A DNA stretch of 64,000 nucleotides from assembly GCA_964440545.1 (NCBI GenBank), contig CAYTSO010000003.1:35184-99183 (forward strand), written 5' to 3'. Positions 10,448 through 19,076 of the stretch are shown here, piece by piece (position 1 is the first letter of the stretch; each line of letters opens with the position of its first letter). Both the position numbers and the translations under genes were made by a program. The notes under the pieces are model-generated. The model was not told the DNA's origin, searched no databases, and saw only the letters and a list, made by a program, of their open reading frames with translations. Origin of the DNA: an uncultured Candidatus Saccharibacteria bacterium (GTDB lineage: Bacteria; Patescibacteriota; Minisyncoccia; Phycocordibacterales; UBA9973).

Positions 10448-11677
10448 ATGGGAATTTTTTCTAAATCAAAAAGAAAAGATGAGCTAGTTTTGGTTTTTAA
10501 TATTGGATCATCCTCGGTAGAAGGAGCTCTTTTTTGGGCTCAGAAATCCGGAATTCCTAAAATAATTTTTTCTGTTTGCGAACCAATACAAATTGAAAAA
10601 ACAGTTAATGTCAATCGGCTGGTACATCTAACAATTAAAGCACTAGAAAAAGCAGTCAAAAAAGTTTATGAGACTCAGCTTGGTGTGCCCAAAAGAATTT
10701 TTTGCGTTCTTGCTTCGCATTGGTGTATTTCTAATACGCGAGTGATAAGTCTTAAAAAAAATACCCCTTTCTTGTTTACAGAAAAAATGGCTGGTGATTT
10801 GATAAAAAAAGAGGTCAAGCTTTTTGAGGAAGAAAATTTAACTAAATATGCTGGTACTGATAACGCTGTTCGGATAATCGAACTTAAGAATATAAAAATA
10901 ACGTTAAATGGTTATGAGACACATAAACCACTAGACCAAGAAGCTCAAGAATTAGAAATGAGTATTTTTATTTCCATGAGCGGGGAAAAAATTCTAAAGA
11001 AAATTGAAGAAACAATATCAAAACATTTTCATGCCGGGCAAATAAAATTTTCATCTTTTACCCTTTCTTCTTTTGCGACGGCACGTGACATGAACACCAA
11101 ACAGGAAGATTTCCTTATAATTGATATTGGGGGAGAAGTAACGGATGTTTTAATGGTAAAAAAAAACATATTACGAGAATCAATTTCCTTTCCGTTAGGT
11201 CGTAATTTTTTAATACGCGGAGTTGCTCAGGGTCTAAATTGTAATTTGGAAGAGGCCCAATCTCTTATTTCTCTTTTTAAAGATGGACACGCAGAGGTTT
11301 CCATGGCAAAAAAACTTTCAGTGATTATAGACGAATTGCGGAGTGAGTGGCTAAAAAAATTTCAAGAATCTTTAGTAAATATTTCTAACGACATCTCTAT
11401 CCCTTCGGTTATTTATATGGTTATTTGCGAAGATCTGGCAAACTTTTTTTCAGAGACAATAAAGAGCGAACAATTTAGCCAATATACCTTGACTGAATCA
11501 AAGTTTGAATTATTTCTTTTGAGCACTAAGTTGCTTAATAGTCTTGTGGTCTTTGAAAAAAATATTATTTGTGATCCGATTATCACCATAGATTCTATTT
11601 ACATTAATCGCTTTCTAATTAACCCATTACTTCCCGCAATGAAGGGACAGGAAGTAGAAAAAAATAATTATGTCTAA
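10448..11677 (+). CDS. actin-like ATPase, FtsA/PilM family (probable cell-division protein FtsA)
   Basis: LVFNIGSSSVEGALF (phosphate 1) and IIDIGGEVTDV (phosphate 2), followed by a GR.F.IRGVAQGL segment resembling the FtsA DIA motif. Confidence 0.55.
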   Translation: MGIFSKSKRKDELVLVFNIGSSSVEGALFWAQKSGIPKIIFSVCEPIQIEKTVNVNRLVHLTIKALEKAVKKVYETQLGVPKRIFCVLASHWCISNTRVISLKKNTPFLFTEKMAGDLIKKEVKLFEEENLTKYAGTDNAVRIIELKNIKITLNGYETHKPLDQEAQELEMSIFISMSGEKILKKIEETISKHFHAGQIKFSSFTLSSFATARDMNTKQEDFLIIDIGGEVTDVLMVKKNILRESISFPLGRNFLIRGVAQGLNCNLEEAQSLISLFKDGHAEVSMAKKLSVIIDELRSEWLKKFQESLVNISNDISIPSVIYMVICEDLANFFSETIKSEQFSQYTLTESKFELFLLSTKLLNSLVVFEKNIICDPIITIDSIYINRFLINPLLPAMKGQEVEKNNYV

Positions 11678-12962
11678 ACGCATAGAGGATATGGTGCCTG
11701 CCAGGCATAAAAAGAAATTATTTGTTAAAAATAATATTGAAAAACAAAAAACTCAAAAAAAATTGGGAATAAAAAAGACGGAAGCTATTTATGGAGAAAA
11801 TCAGTCTAGACGCCTGCTTTGGTCTCTGGCTTTTGTTTCTGTGGTCTTTTGTTTTTTTGCAATTTCTTTTTTGTTTTCCCGAGCAGAGATTACCGTTTTT
11901 CCCAAAACAACAGAGATTGAATTAAGGCAAAATTTGTTTGCCAGCAAGGAGGCAAACAATGGCAATCTGGACTTTCGTCTAATGGTTGTTTCGGATGAGG
12001 AAGTAAAGACAATACAAGCAACAGAAGAAAAAGACGTTGAAATAAGGGCCACCGGGGCTGTTATAATTTTTAACTCTTTTAGTTCTTCACCTCAAACCCT
12101 GAGTATAGATACAAGGCTGGAAGGATCTAATAGAAAAATCTATAAAACGCAAGAAAAAATCATTGTGCCCGGAATGGGCGCAGACGGTACACCAGGGAAA
12201 GCGAAAGTAGTTATTTATGCAGCAGAAGCAGGAGAAGAATATAACAGTGGTCCGCTCGATTTTACCATTTTGGGTTTTAAGGATACTCCAAAATATTCAA
12301 AAATTATAGGAAGATCTGAAACCGGAACCGAAATAACAGGAGGGTTTAAGGGAAGGGCTCCTGCGGTCTCTGAAGAGGAAAAAGCAAAAGCAACCGAAGC
12401 ACTAAAAAAGGGTCTCCGGGAAAAATTATTAATGAAATCGGCTGATTACCCCGATAATTTTATTTTGTTTAAAGATGCAATCTTTATAAACATGGATGAT
12501 TCAAACATAACGACATATTACAATGAAGACAAAAGCATGACAATGAAAATTAAAGGAACACTCTATGGATTTCTTTTTAATGAACAAAAATTGATAGAAA
12601 AAATTGCAAAAAACAATGTTGAAAAATACGATGGAAGCGATATTTATATATCAAATATAAAAGATCTAATATTTTCTTTGTCTCCACAGACCGGATCTAC
12701 AAATAATGATATTTCTTTTGGAGATATTCAGGATATCAATTTTAATTTATCAGGGACGGCAAAAATAGTTTGGAAACTTGACGAGGATAAATTTATGGCT
12801 GATTTGCTGGGTAGGTCAAAAAAAGATTTTGATCAAATTTTATCAGAATATAAAAATATTGATTCTGCTCATTTAAAATTAAGGCCAATGTGGAGAATGT
12901 CTATTCCAGACAAGATTAATGATATAAACATCACAGTAAATTATCCAGAGAACTATAAATAA
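11670..12962 (+). CDS. single-pass membrane protein, unknown function
   Basis: N-terminal TM helix (LLWSLAFVSVVFCFFAISFLF) and a ~350-aa extracytoplasmic region. 8-nt overlap with the upstream FtsA-like gene suggests an operon. Confidence 0.5.
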   Translation: MSKRIEDMVPARHKKKLFVKNNIEKQKTQKKLGIKKTEAIYGENQSRRLLWSLAFVSVVFCFFAISFLFSRAEITVFPKTTEIELRQNLFASKEANNGNLDFRLMVVSDEEVKTIQATEEKDVEIRATGAVIIFNSFSSSPQTLSIDTRLEGSNRKIYKTQEKIIVPGMGADGTPGKAKVVIYAAEAGEEYNSGPLDFTILGFKDTPKYSKIIGRSETGTEITGGFKGRAPAVSEEEKAKATEALKKGLREKLLMKSADYPDNFILFKDAIFINMDDSNITTYYNEDKSMTMKIKGTLYGFLFNEQKLIEKIAKNNVEKYDGSDIYISNIKDLIFSLSPQTGSTNNDISFGDIQDINFNLSGTAKIVWKLDEDKFMADLLGRSKKDFDQILSEYKNIDSAHLKLRPMWRMSIPDKINDINITVNYPENYK

Positions 12963-13009
12963 TTTATATTGACACAACTTATTAATTTTAATAGAATAAT
13001 GTTCTATAC

Positions 13010-13276
13010 ATGAATGATAAAAAAAACGAGAAGGTTGTGACCGTAAAAGGGGATGTTACAGAATCTCTTCCCAACACCTTGTTTAGGGTTAAAATACCTG
13101 CACAATCTCGAGATGTTTCTGGGACAACACCCGATGAACAAAAAGCAGAAGAAGAAATTTTGGCATATCTTGGAGGAAAAATGAGAATGCACAGAATAAA
13201 GGTTCTGATTGGAGACAAGGTAGAAGTAGTGCTTGATCCCTATGGAGGAAAAGGGAGAATAATAAAAAGACTTTAA
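13010..13276 (+). CDS. infA: translation initiation factor IF-1 (with ~15-aa loop insertion)
   Basis: LPNTLFRV, GKMR..I.VL.GDKV and LDPY..KGRI motifs of IF-1. 88 aa versus the usual 72. Confidence 0.85.
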   Translation: MNDKKNEKVVTVKGDVTESLPNTLFRVKIPAQSRDVSGTTPDEQKAEEEILAYLGGKMRMHRIKVLIGDKVEVVLDPYGGKGRIIKRL

Positions 13277-13401
13277 AAGAGTTGTAATTTTTTAAGGAAT
13301 AGTGTATTATTATATCTGTAGGTTTTAAAAAGTAAAAAGTATTGAAAAATAAGGGTTATTTCCTTGTTTTTCTTTTGTGTAAGATTAAATAAAAGTTTTT
13401 T

Positions 13402-13512
13402 ATGAAAAAAAAGTCGGCAGTAAAAAAAATTTGCGATAATTGCAAGATGGTAAAACGAGCCAGGCATTTAAGAATAATTTGCTCTAACCCAAAGCATAAA
13501 CAAAAGCAATAA
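13402..13512 (+). CDS. rpmJ: 50S ribosomal protein L36
   Basis: Hand-translated 36 codons: [36 protein letters not shown], the L36 Cys-x2-Cys...Cys...His zinc-ribbon pattern. Too short for the ORF track. Confidence 0.9.
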   Translation: MKKKSAVKKICDNCKMVKRARHLRIICSNPKHKQKQ

Positions 13513-13515
13513 TCT

Positions 13516-13896
13516 ATGAGAATTCTTGGAATTACAGTACCAGATGAAAAAAGGCTTGAAATTGGACTTACTTGTCTATACGGTATTGGTATTTCTTCTG
13601 CTCGAAAAATTTTAGATCAGGTCGGCATCGATTACGGGAAAAAGGCTAAGGATCTTACTGACGAAGAAGAAAACAAGATTCGCCTCATTGTAGAAAAAAT
13701 TCCAATTGAAGGAAACCTAAAAAGAGACATTGCCGCAAATATCAAAAGGCTAAAAGATATAAAGAGCTACCGTGGTGTTAGGCACATGAAAAGACTTCCG
13801 GTACGAGGACAGCGCACTAAAACTAATTCAAGAACAACTAGAGGAAATGTAAGAAAAACAATGGCGTCAGGAAAAAGAAAGGAAAGTAAAACATAA
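13516..13896 (+). CDS. rpsM: 30S ribosomal protein S13
   Basis: MRILGITVPDEKRLEIGLTCLYGIG N-terminus and basic C-terminus. Conserved position after rpmJ. Confidence 0.95.
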   Translation: MRILGITVPDEKRLEIGLTCLYGIGISSARKILDQVGIDYGKKAKDLTDEEENKIRLIVEKIPIEGNLKRDIAANIKRLKDIKSYRGVRHMKRLPVRGQRTKTNSRTTRGNVRKTMASGKRKESKT

Positions 13897-13930
13897 AATA
13901 ATTTAAATTATTCGCACATCGCGCAACCAA

Positions 13931-14386
13931 ATGGGAAAGACAAAAATTACAACAAAAGAAGAAAAAACAAAGGATGCTGAAAAAGTCGGGGTGGAAGAGG
14001 TGGAAGAAAAAAAGGCTTTATCAAAAACAGCAAAGAAAAGAACAACCTCAGGTGTTTTACACATTGAAGCAACCTTTAACAACACCAAAGTTCTTTTTTC
14101 AGATAAATTAGGGAATACTTTGTTTTGGTCGAGTGCAGGAAGTTTGGGCTTCAGGGGGGCAAAAAAGGGAACTCCTTTTGCTGCCTCAAAAGTTGGAGAT
14201 TTAATTGGAGAAAAAGCTTCTGCTCTTGGGGTAAAAGACTCCGGCGTAGTTGTTTTAGGCGTTGGGTCCGGACGCGAGCCAGCCATCAGAGCATTTATGG
14301 CACATGGCATTGAAATTACTTCGATCATGGATGCTACGCCAGTACCGCACAATGGTCCGAAAGCCAAGAAGCCAAGGAGAGTTTAA
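13931..14386 (+). CDS. rpsK: 30S ribosomal protein S11
   Basis: GVLHIEATFNNTKV...SAGSLGFRGAKKGTPFAA...HNGPKAKKPRRV. Confidence 0.95.
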   Translation: MGKTKITTKEEKTKDAEKVGVEEVEEKKALSKTAKKRTTSGVLHIEATFNNTKVLFSDKLGNTLFWSSAGSLGFRGAKKGTPFAASKVGDLIGEKASALGVKDSGVVVLGVGSGREPAIRAFMAHGIEITSIMDATPVPHNGPKAKKPRRV

Positions 14387-14411
14387 AAAATTATTTATAT
14401 TGCAAAAAGTC

Positions 14412-15014
14412 ATGATATCCAAACCAAAATTTAAAGTTTGTCGAAGACTAGGACCAGGAGTCTATGACAAATGTCAGACCTCTAGGTTTGCCTCTTCTTC
14501 TACAAAAACATTTTCAGGAGGCAAGCGCCCAAAGGCTCCAACTGAATACGGAACTCAGCTTATGGAGAAACAAAAAACCCGTTTTTCTTATGGGATATCT
14601 GAACGTCAACTTTCCAATTATGTTAAAAAAGTTTCTAGTACTAAGGGGGCTGGCACTGCCATAAAACTCTTTGAAAATCTAGAATCTCGTTTAGATAATG
14701 TGATATATCGAATGGGTCTTGGCTCAAGCCGTCGTGCAACTCGACAAATGGTTTCCCATGGACACTTTGTGGTTAATAATCATAGAGTCACCATTCCATC
14801 CTATGAAGTTAAAATAGGAGATATCGTAAAGATTCGAGAGGGAAGCAAGAGTAAGAAAATTTTCCAAAATTTAGTGGAAAAAATGAAAGATTACAATTCT
14901 CCGTCCTGGCTTTCCTTCGATCCGAATATAATGGAAGGAAAAATTTTAGATAAACCAAAAAACACCGAAACCTTTCTTGATCTAAATGCCGTTCTTGAAT
15001 TTTACAGCCGTTAA
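14412..15014 (+). CDS. rpsD: 30S ribosomal protein S4 (start at internal ATG of track ORF 14262..15014)
   Basis: MISKPKFKVCRRLG... then LESRLDNVIYRMGLGSSRRATRQMVSHGHFVVNNHRV (S4 domain). 200 aa. The upstream part of the track ORF overlaps rpsK and is an artefactual extension. Confidence 0.9.
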   Translation: MISKPKFKVCRRLGPGVYDKCQTSRFASSSTKTFSGGKRPKAPTEYGTQLMEKQKTRFSYGISERQLSNYVKKVSSTKGAGTAIKLFENLESRLDNVIYRMGLGSSRRATRQMVSHGHFVVNNHRVTIPSYEVKIGDIVKIREGSKSKKIFQNLVEKMKDYNSPSWLSFDPNIMEGKILDKPKNTETFLDLNAVLEFYSR

Positions 15015-15066
15015 ATTTTTTTTGTTTACATTATTAAATTTTAAAAGTTAATTTTTATAAAAAACT

Positions 15067-16044
15067 ATGCCTGAATATAAAATAATTATGCCTTCAAAAC
15101 CTCGCGTTGTTTCAGAGGAAGGAGATAAGGGGGTATTTGAAATAGATGGTTTGTACCCTGGTTATGGCCACACCCTAGGAAACAGCTTGAGGAGAATTAT
15201 TCTTTCCTCCTTGCCAGGTGCGAGTGTTACTTCTATCAAAATAGACGGAGTATCGCATGAGTTTCAGACAATGGATGGAATAAAAGAAGATGTAATTGTA
15301 ATGATTTTAAATTTAAAGAAAGTTCGTTTCAAAATGCTTTCAGACGAACCCCAAACAGTTACGCTTTCTATAAAAGGGCCCAAGGAAGTGCTTGCTAATG
15401 ACATAAAAACCGGTGGTCAGGTTGAAATTTTAAATCCCGAACTTCATATTGTTGAAGTTACTGGAAAGATAAATTTAAATATAGAAATGAAAATAGAAAA
15501 AGGCTTGGGCTTTATTCCAAAGGAGCTTTTTCAAAAAGACAAAGTTGATGTCGGAACCATTGCAGTGGATGCAATTTTTACTCCAATTCGCAGGGTTTCC
15601 TATGAAGTTGAGAATATGCGTGTCGGAGACAAGACAAATCATAATCGTTTAAGAATTTCAATTGAGACAGATGGAACCTTGACTGCCCGAGAAGCTCTTT
15701 CCCGTTCCATTGAAATTATGATAAATCAACTAAAGGCCATTATTGATTTTAAAGAGCCGGAGGAAGAAGAAATTAAAATAGATAAAAAATCAAAGGAGGA
15801 AGAGTCAGACAAAGAGACAGAGGAGAAAAAAGCTGATGTTGCAGATGTTTTAAAAACTCGCACGGACAGCCTAGATCTTTCTACTAGGACACTTAATGCA
15901 CTGAATTCTGCAAATATTCGAACACTCGGAGGTTTGGCGAGAAAGAAAAAAGAAGATTTGCTTGAAGTAGAAGGTATTGGAGAGAAAGGAATATCTGAAA
16001 TTAAAAAGGTTTTGAATAAATTTGGTCTTAATTTGAAGGAATAA
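15067..16044 (+). CDS. rpoA: DNA-directed RNA polymerase subunit alpha
   Basis: Conserved N-terminal domain (GHTLGNSLRRIILSSLPGASVTSIKIDGV.HEF) and C-terminal alpha-CTD (LSTRTLNALNSANIRTLGGL). Confidence 0.95.
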   Translation: MPEYKIIMPSKPRVVSEEGDKGVFEIDGLYPGYGHTLGNSLRRIILSSLPGASVTSIKIDGVSHEFQTMDGIKEDVIVMILNLKKVRFKMLSDEPQTVTLSIKGPKEVLANDIKTGGQVEILNPELHIVEVTGKINLNIEMKIEKGLGFIPKELFQKDKVDVGTIAVDAIFTPIRRVSYEVENMRVGDKTNHNRLRISIETDGTLTAREALSRSIEIMINQLKAIIDFKEPEEEEIKIDKKSKEEESDKETEEKKADVADVLKTRTDSLDLSTRTLNALNSANIRTLGGLARKKKEDLLEVEGIGEKGISEIKKVLNKFGLNLKE

Positions 16045-16098
16045 TTATACTTGTCAACGGGCAAAAAATAAAGATTATTAATTAAAATTTTTAATGGG

Positions 16099-16452
16099 AT
16101 GCGTCATCACAATAATGTAAGAAAATTCGGTAGAAGTAAAAACCAAAAAAGAGCCCTTATAAATTCTTTGGCACTTAATTTGATTGTTCGTGGAAAGATA
16201 AAAACAACGGAACCGAAAGCAAAAGAATTACGGCCATTTATTGAGAAACTTGTAACTCGAGCGAAAAAGGACAACTTGACTAATCGCAAGCTGATAGTAG
16301 CCAAACTCTCCAATCGCAGAAATGAAGTAAAAAAACTTTTTGAAGTTATTGCACCTAAATATGTTGACAAGAAAGGGGGATATACAAGAGTATTAAAACT
16401 AGGAATAAGAAAATCAGACGGGTCCAAAATGGCCATTATTGAATTTATCTAA
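16099..16452 (+). CDS. rplQ: 50S ribosomal protein L17
   Basis: MRHHNNVRKFGRSKNQKRALINSLALNLIVRGKIKTT... canonical L17. Confidence 0.95.
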   Translation: MRHHNNVRKFGRSKNQKRALINSLALNLIVRGKIKTTEPKAKELRPFIEKLVTRAKKDNLTNRKLIVAKLSNRRNEVKKLFEVIAPKYVDKKGGYTRVLKLGIRKSDGSKMAIIEFI

Positions 16453-16482
16453 TCCTTGTGTTATTTCAGTAAATAATTTAGT

Positions 16483-16863
16483 ATGAAAAGGCAAATGAAA
16501 AAGACAGCAGAAAAAAAAGAAGAAAAAACAATAGATGCAAGTGGCCGGACCTTGGGAAGAGTGGCGAGCGAGGCAGCTGCCTTTTTAATGGGTAAGAACA
16601 AGGCAACCTTCGAGCGGAACAAATACTCTGGTTTTCCGGTAAAAGTTATTAACGCCTCAAAGCTTCGTATTACCACTAAAAAACTTGATGAAATTTTTCA
16701 CACGAGATATTCTGGTTATCCTGGAGGTTTTCGAATAATAAAAGGAACTGAAACAATGGAAAAACGAGGTTTAAAAGAATTAATTAAATTGGCTATTTAT
16801 CACATGCTTCCAGGAAACAAATTACGCAGAACTATGATGAAAAATTTAAAAGTAGAAGATTAG
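16483..16863 (+). CDS. rplM: 50S ribosomal protein L13
   Basis: TIDASGRTLGRVASEAAAFLMGKNK...MLPGNKL. Confidence 0.9.
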   Translation: MKRQMKKTAEKKEEKTIDASGRTLGRVASEAAAFLMGKNKATFERNKYSGFPVKVINASKLRITTKKLDEIFHTRYSGYPGGFRIIKGTETMEKRGLKELIKLAIYHMLPGNKLRRTMMKNLKVED

Positions 16864-16867
16864 ATAT

Positions 16868-17284
16868 ATGGATAAAGAAACAATAAAAGGAAAATATATT
16901 GAAGCGGTAGGAAGACGCAAGACATCAACTGCTCGAGTACGTATTTCAGAGTCTGCTAAAGCTCATTTTGTCGTAAACAACAAGGATGCAAAGGAATATT
17001 TTAAAACAGAGTCTCAGCGTAGATTGATTCTGGATCCGATGATAAAAGGAGTTCCGGTCGGTTCAAAAAAATGGAGCGTAGAAGCACGAGTATTGGGAGG
17101 GGGAATTCACTCTCAGGCTGAAGCAATTCGCCATGGACTTTCAAGAGCTCTCGCTTTGTCCGATGATAGTCTTCGTAAAGGAATAAAGGATTTAGGTTTT
17201 TTGAAACGCGATCCAAGGGCTAAGGAACGCAGAAAATTTGGTTTGAAGAAAGCGCGAAAAGCTCCTCAATGGAGTAAACGATAA
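16868..17284 (+). CDS. rpsI: 30S ribosomal protein S9
   Basis: GRRKTSTARVRI...GGGIHSQAEAIRHGLSRAL...KRDPRAKERRKFGLKKARKAPQWSKR. Confidence 0.95.
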   Translation: MDKETIKGKYIEAVGRRKTSTARVRISESAKAHFVVNNKDAKEYFKTESQRRLILDPMIKGVPVGSKKWSVEARVLGGGIHSQAEAIRHGLSRALALSDDSLRKGIKDLGFLKRDPRAKERRKFGLKKARKAPQWSKR

Positions 17285-17336
17285 ATTTTTAAAATACTCC
17301 TTGAAAAAAGGAGTATTTTTGTTATAATGTATTTCT

Positions 17337-17915
17337 ATGACAGACAAAGAAGAAACAAAAGAAGAAAATTCCGAATCTGAAATTTTAGAATTTGAATTCA
17401 ACGAAGACGGAGAAGAAGATTTAAAGAAAACTTTGAAAAAATTCAGAGCTGATTTGAAGGCGTGCAAAAAAGAGAAGGAAGAATATCTAACTGGCTGGCA
17501 AAAAGAACGAGCAGAATTTGCTAATTACAAAAAACAAGAGGAAGACCGCAAGTCCGTTTTTTTTGAGGCGGTAAGGGAACGTATACTTATGCGTTTTTTA
17601 TCTGTTTTGGATAATTTTGACATGGCCTTTGCTAATCGCGAAGCCTGGGAGAAGGTAGATGAAAATTGGAGAAAAGGAGTAGAGTATATTTACTCTCAGA
17701 TGAGTGCAATATTTGAAGAGTATAACATAAAGCCAGTTGGGGAAAACGGGGAGAATTTTGATCCAAATATTCACCAATCTATGGAAATGGTAGAAACAAA
17801 CAAAAAAGAGCTAGAACACAAAATCGCAAGCGTGATCCAAAAAGGATACAAACTTGGAGATAGGGTCATTCGTCCTGCCAGGGTGAATGTGTATGAATAT
17901 AAGGAAAGTAAATAA
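17337..17915 (+). CDS. grpE: nucleotide exchange factor GrpE
   Basis: Acidic N-terminus, a coiled-coil region and a C-terminal beta domain (KGYKLGDRVIRPARVNV). Confidence 0.85.
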   Translation: MTDKEETKEENSESEILEFEFNEDGEEDLKKTLKKFRADLKACKKEKEEYLTGWQKERAEFANYKKQEEDRKSVFFEAVRERILMRFLSVLDNFDMAFANREAWEKVDENWRKGVEYIYSQMSAIFEEYNIKPVGENGENFDPNIHQSMEMVETNKKELEHKIASVIQKGYKLGDRVIRPARVNVYEYKESK

Positions 17916-17973
17916 TATTTACTCTCCATTCTAAAAATTTTGTTCAATACTCGGTGTTTAACAGAAACTCATG

Positions 17974-17991
17974 TACGTAATTAATTACGTA
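17974..17991. promoter_or_regulatory. perfect 18-bp palindrome TACGTAATTAATTACGTA over the -35 position of a TGnTATAAT extended -10 element (17997..18004) upstream of cutA
   Basis: Read directly from the sequence. The palindrome is perfect. An extended -10 (TGGTATAAT) lies 6 nt downstream. Confidence 0.3.
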
Positions 17992-18084
17992 ATTGTGGTA
18001 TAATTAAACAAAGGCCCTCCTTCGTTAAAACTACGGACGGGCAGGTCGACTATTATAATTTTAATAGTTAACATTCTCCATTTT

Positions 18085-18390
18085 ATGATATTTATTCATA
18101 CAAGTTGTGCAAAAATCGAGGAGGCAGAAAAATTAGGGAAAATGATTATTGAAAAAAAATTAGGTGTTTGCGTACATTATTGGCCGATTAAGTCAATGTT
18201 TAACTGGAAAGACAAATTTGAGAATGTAGAAGAAGTAATGATGGCAATCACTACCTTCGAGGGAAGGCTAGAGCAGGTAAATGATTTAATTTCCGAGCAC
18301 CATAGTTATTCTACCCCCATGATTGCCGGCATAGATGTGCGTAGGATCAATCGAGCCTACAAAGAATGGATGATGCAAGAGGTTTCCTAG
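18085..18390 (+). CDS. cutA: divalent-cation tolerance protein CutA
   Basis: 101-aa protein with a ..S...P.I.G..V......Y.EW pattern (HSYSTPMIAGIDV...YKEWM) typical of CutA1. Confidence 0.7.
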   Translation: MIFIHTSCAKIEEAEKLGKMIIEKKLGVCVHYWPIKSMFNWKDKFENVEEVMMAITTFEGRLEQVNDLISEHHSYSTPMIAGIDVRRINRAYKEWMMQEVS

Positions 18391-18441
18391 TAATTTATGG
18401 TTCAGTTTTATTCACCATAACCCTGAGTTTTATCGAATGGG

Positions 18442-18987
18442 TCATTTTCCAAAAGTTTCAAATAAAAACTTTTTAGTTTCTTCGTCTACGAATTGAGAGA
18501 CGATTATCATCATCTCAGCGCCCAATCCCAAATCTTTTTTTATATTTACAAACAAATGCTCATAGGGGAATGGAGAAATCCAAGCAGAATTTTTTAAACA
18601 GACAAAGCCGGCTTTTTTTAATAAATAACGTAATGACTCGCGTTCGTTTTTTCTGCTCTCTGGAACATCCAATAAAATAATTCGCCAATAACCATCCCAG
18701 GAAATATTTGCTAAAGTTGTCTCATTTTCTAGCTTGAGAGTATTGATTTTTTTTCTTCCTTCCTTGGTAAGCCTGGCATATTCATTTTGAGGGGAAGAAA
18801 TGTTTTCAATTAGCCCAGCCTCTCTAAGTCCTTTTAAAGAGCGCGTGATGGCGTATTTGTCGTTTTTAGAACACTCCTGGGAGTTTATCTTATTTGTGAG
18901 TTCTGGTAGGGAAATTGCTGGTTTTTCGCTTAATATTTTCAATATTTTTTTAGAATATTGATTATTTTTTAGTAATTTTCTTGACAT
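18442..18987 (-). CDS. PaaX-like winged-helix transcriptional regulator (Cas2/VapD-fold C-terminal domain)
   Basis: N-terminal wHTH (ILKILSEKPAISLPEL), then WDGYWRIILLDVPESRKNERESLRYLLKKAGFVCLKNSAWISP, matching the PaaX_C W-x-G-x-W...SVW consensus. Divergent to dnaK. Confidence 0.5.
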   Translation of the reverse strand: MSRKLLKNNQYSKKILKILSEKPAISLPELTNKINSQECSKNDKYAITRSLKGLREAGLIENISSPQNEYARLTKEGRKKINTLKLENETTLANISWDGYWRIILLDVPESRKNERESLRYLLKKAGFVCLKNSAWISPFPYEHLFVNIKKDLGLGAEMMIIVSQFVDEETKKFLFETFGK

Positions 18988-19008
18988 ACAGATATAGTAT
19001 CATATATA
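18981..19008 (+). promoter_or_regulatory. candidate sigma-70 promoter for dnaK (TTGACA-16/17-TATATA)
   Basis: TTGACA at 18981..18986 and TATATA at about 19003..19008. An AT palindrome TTAATTATTAATT (19047..19061) lies between the promoter and the dnaK ATG. Confidence 0.3.
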
Positions 19009-19076
19009 CTGGTATTATACAAGTTTTTAGTGGTCGCAAAATATATGTTAATTATTAATTTAATCTTATAAAATAT

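Noticed and set aside
14262-14411. N-terminal 50 codons of track ORF 14262..15014
   Set aside because: They overlap the 3' end of rpsK. Canonical S4 begins at the internal ATG 14412 (MISKPKF...).
15726-16064. 112-aa minus-strand ORF antisense to rpoA C-terminus
   Set aside because: Ser-rich artefact opposite the acidic linker of rpoA.
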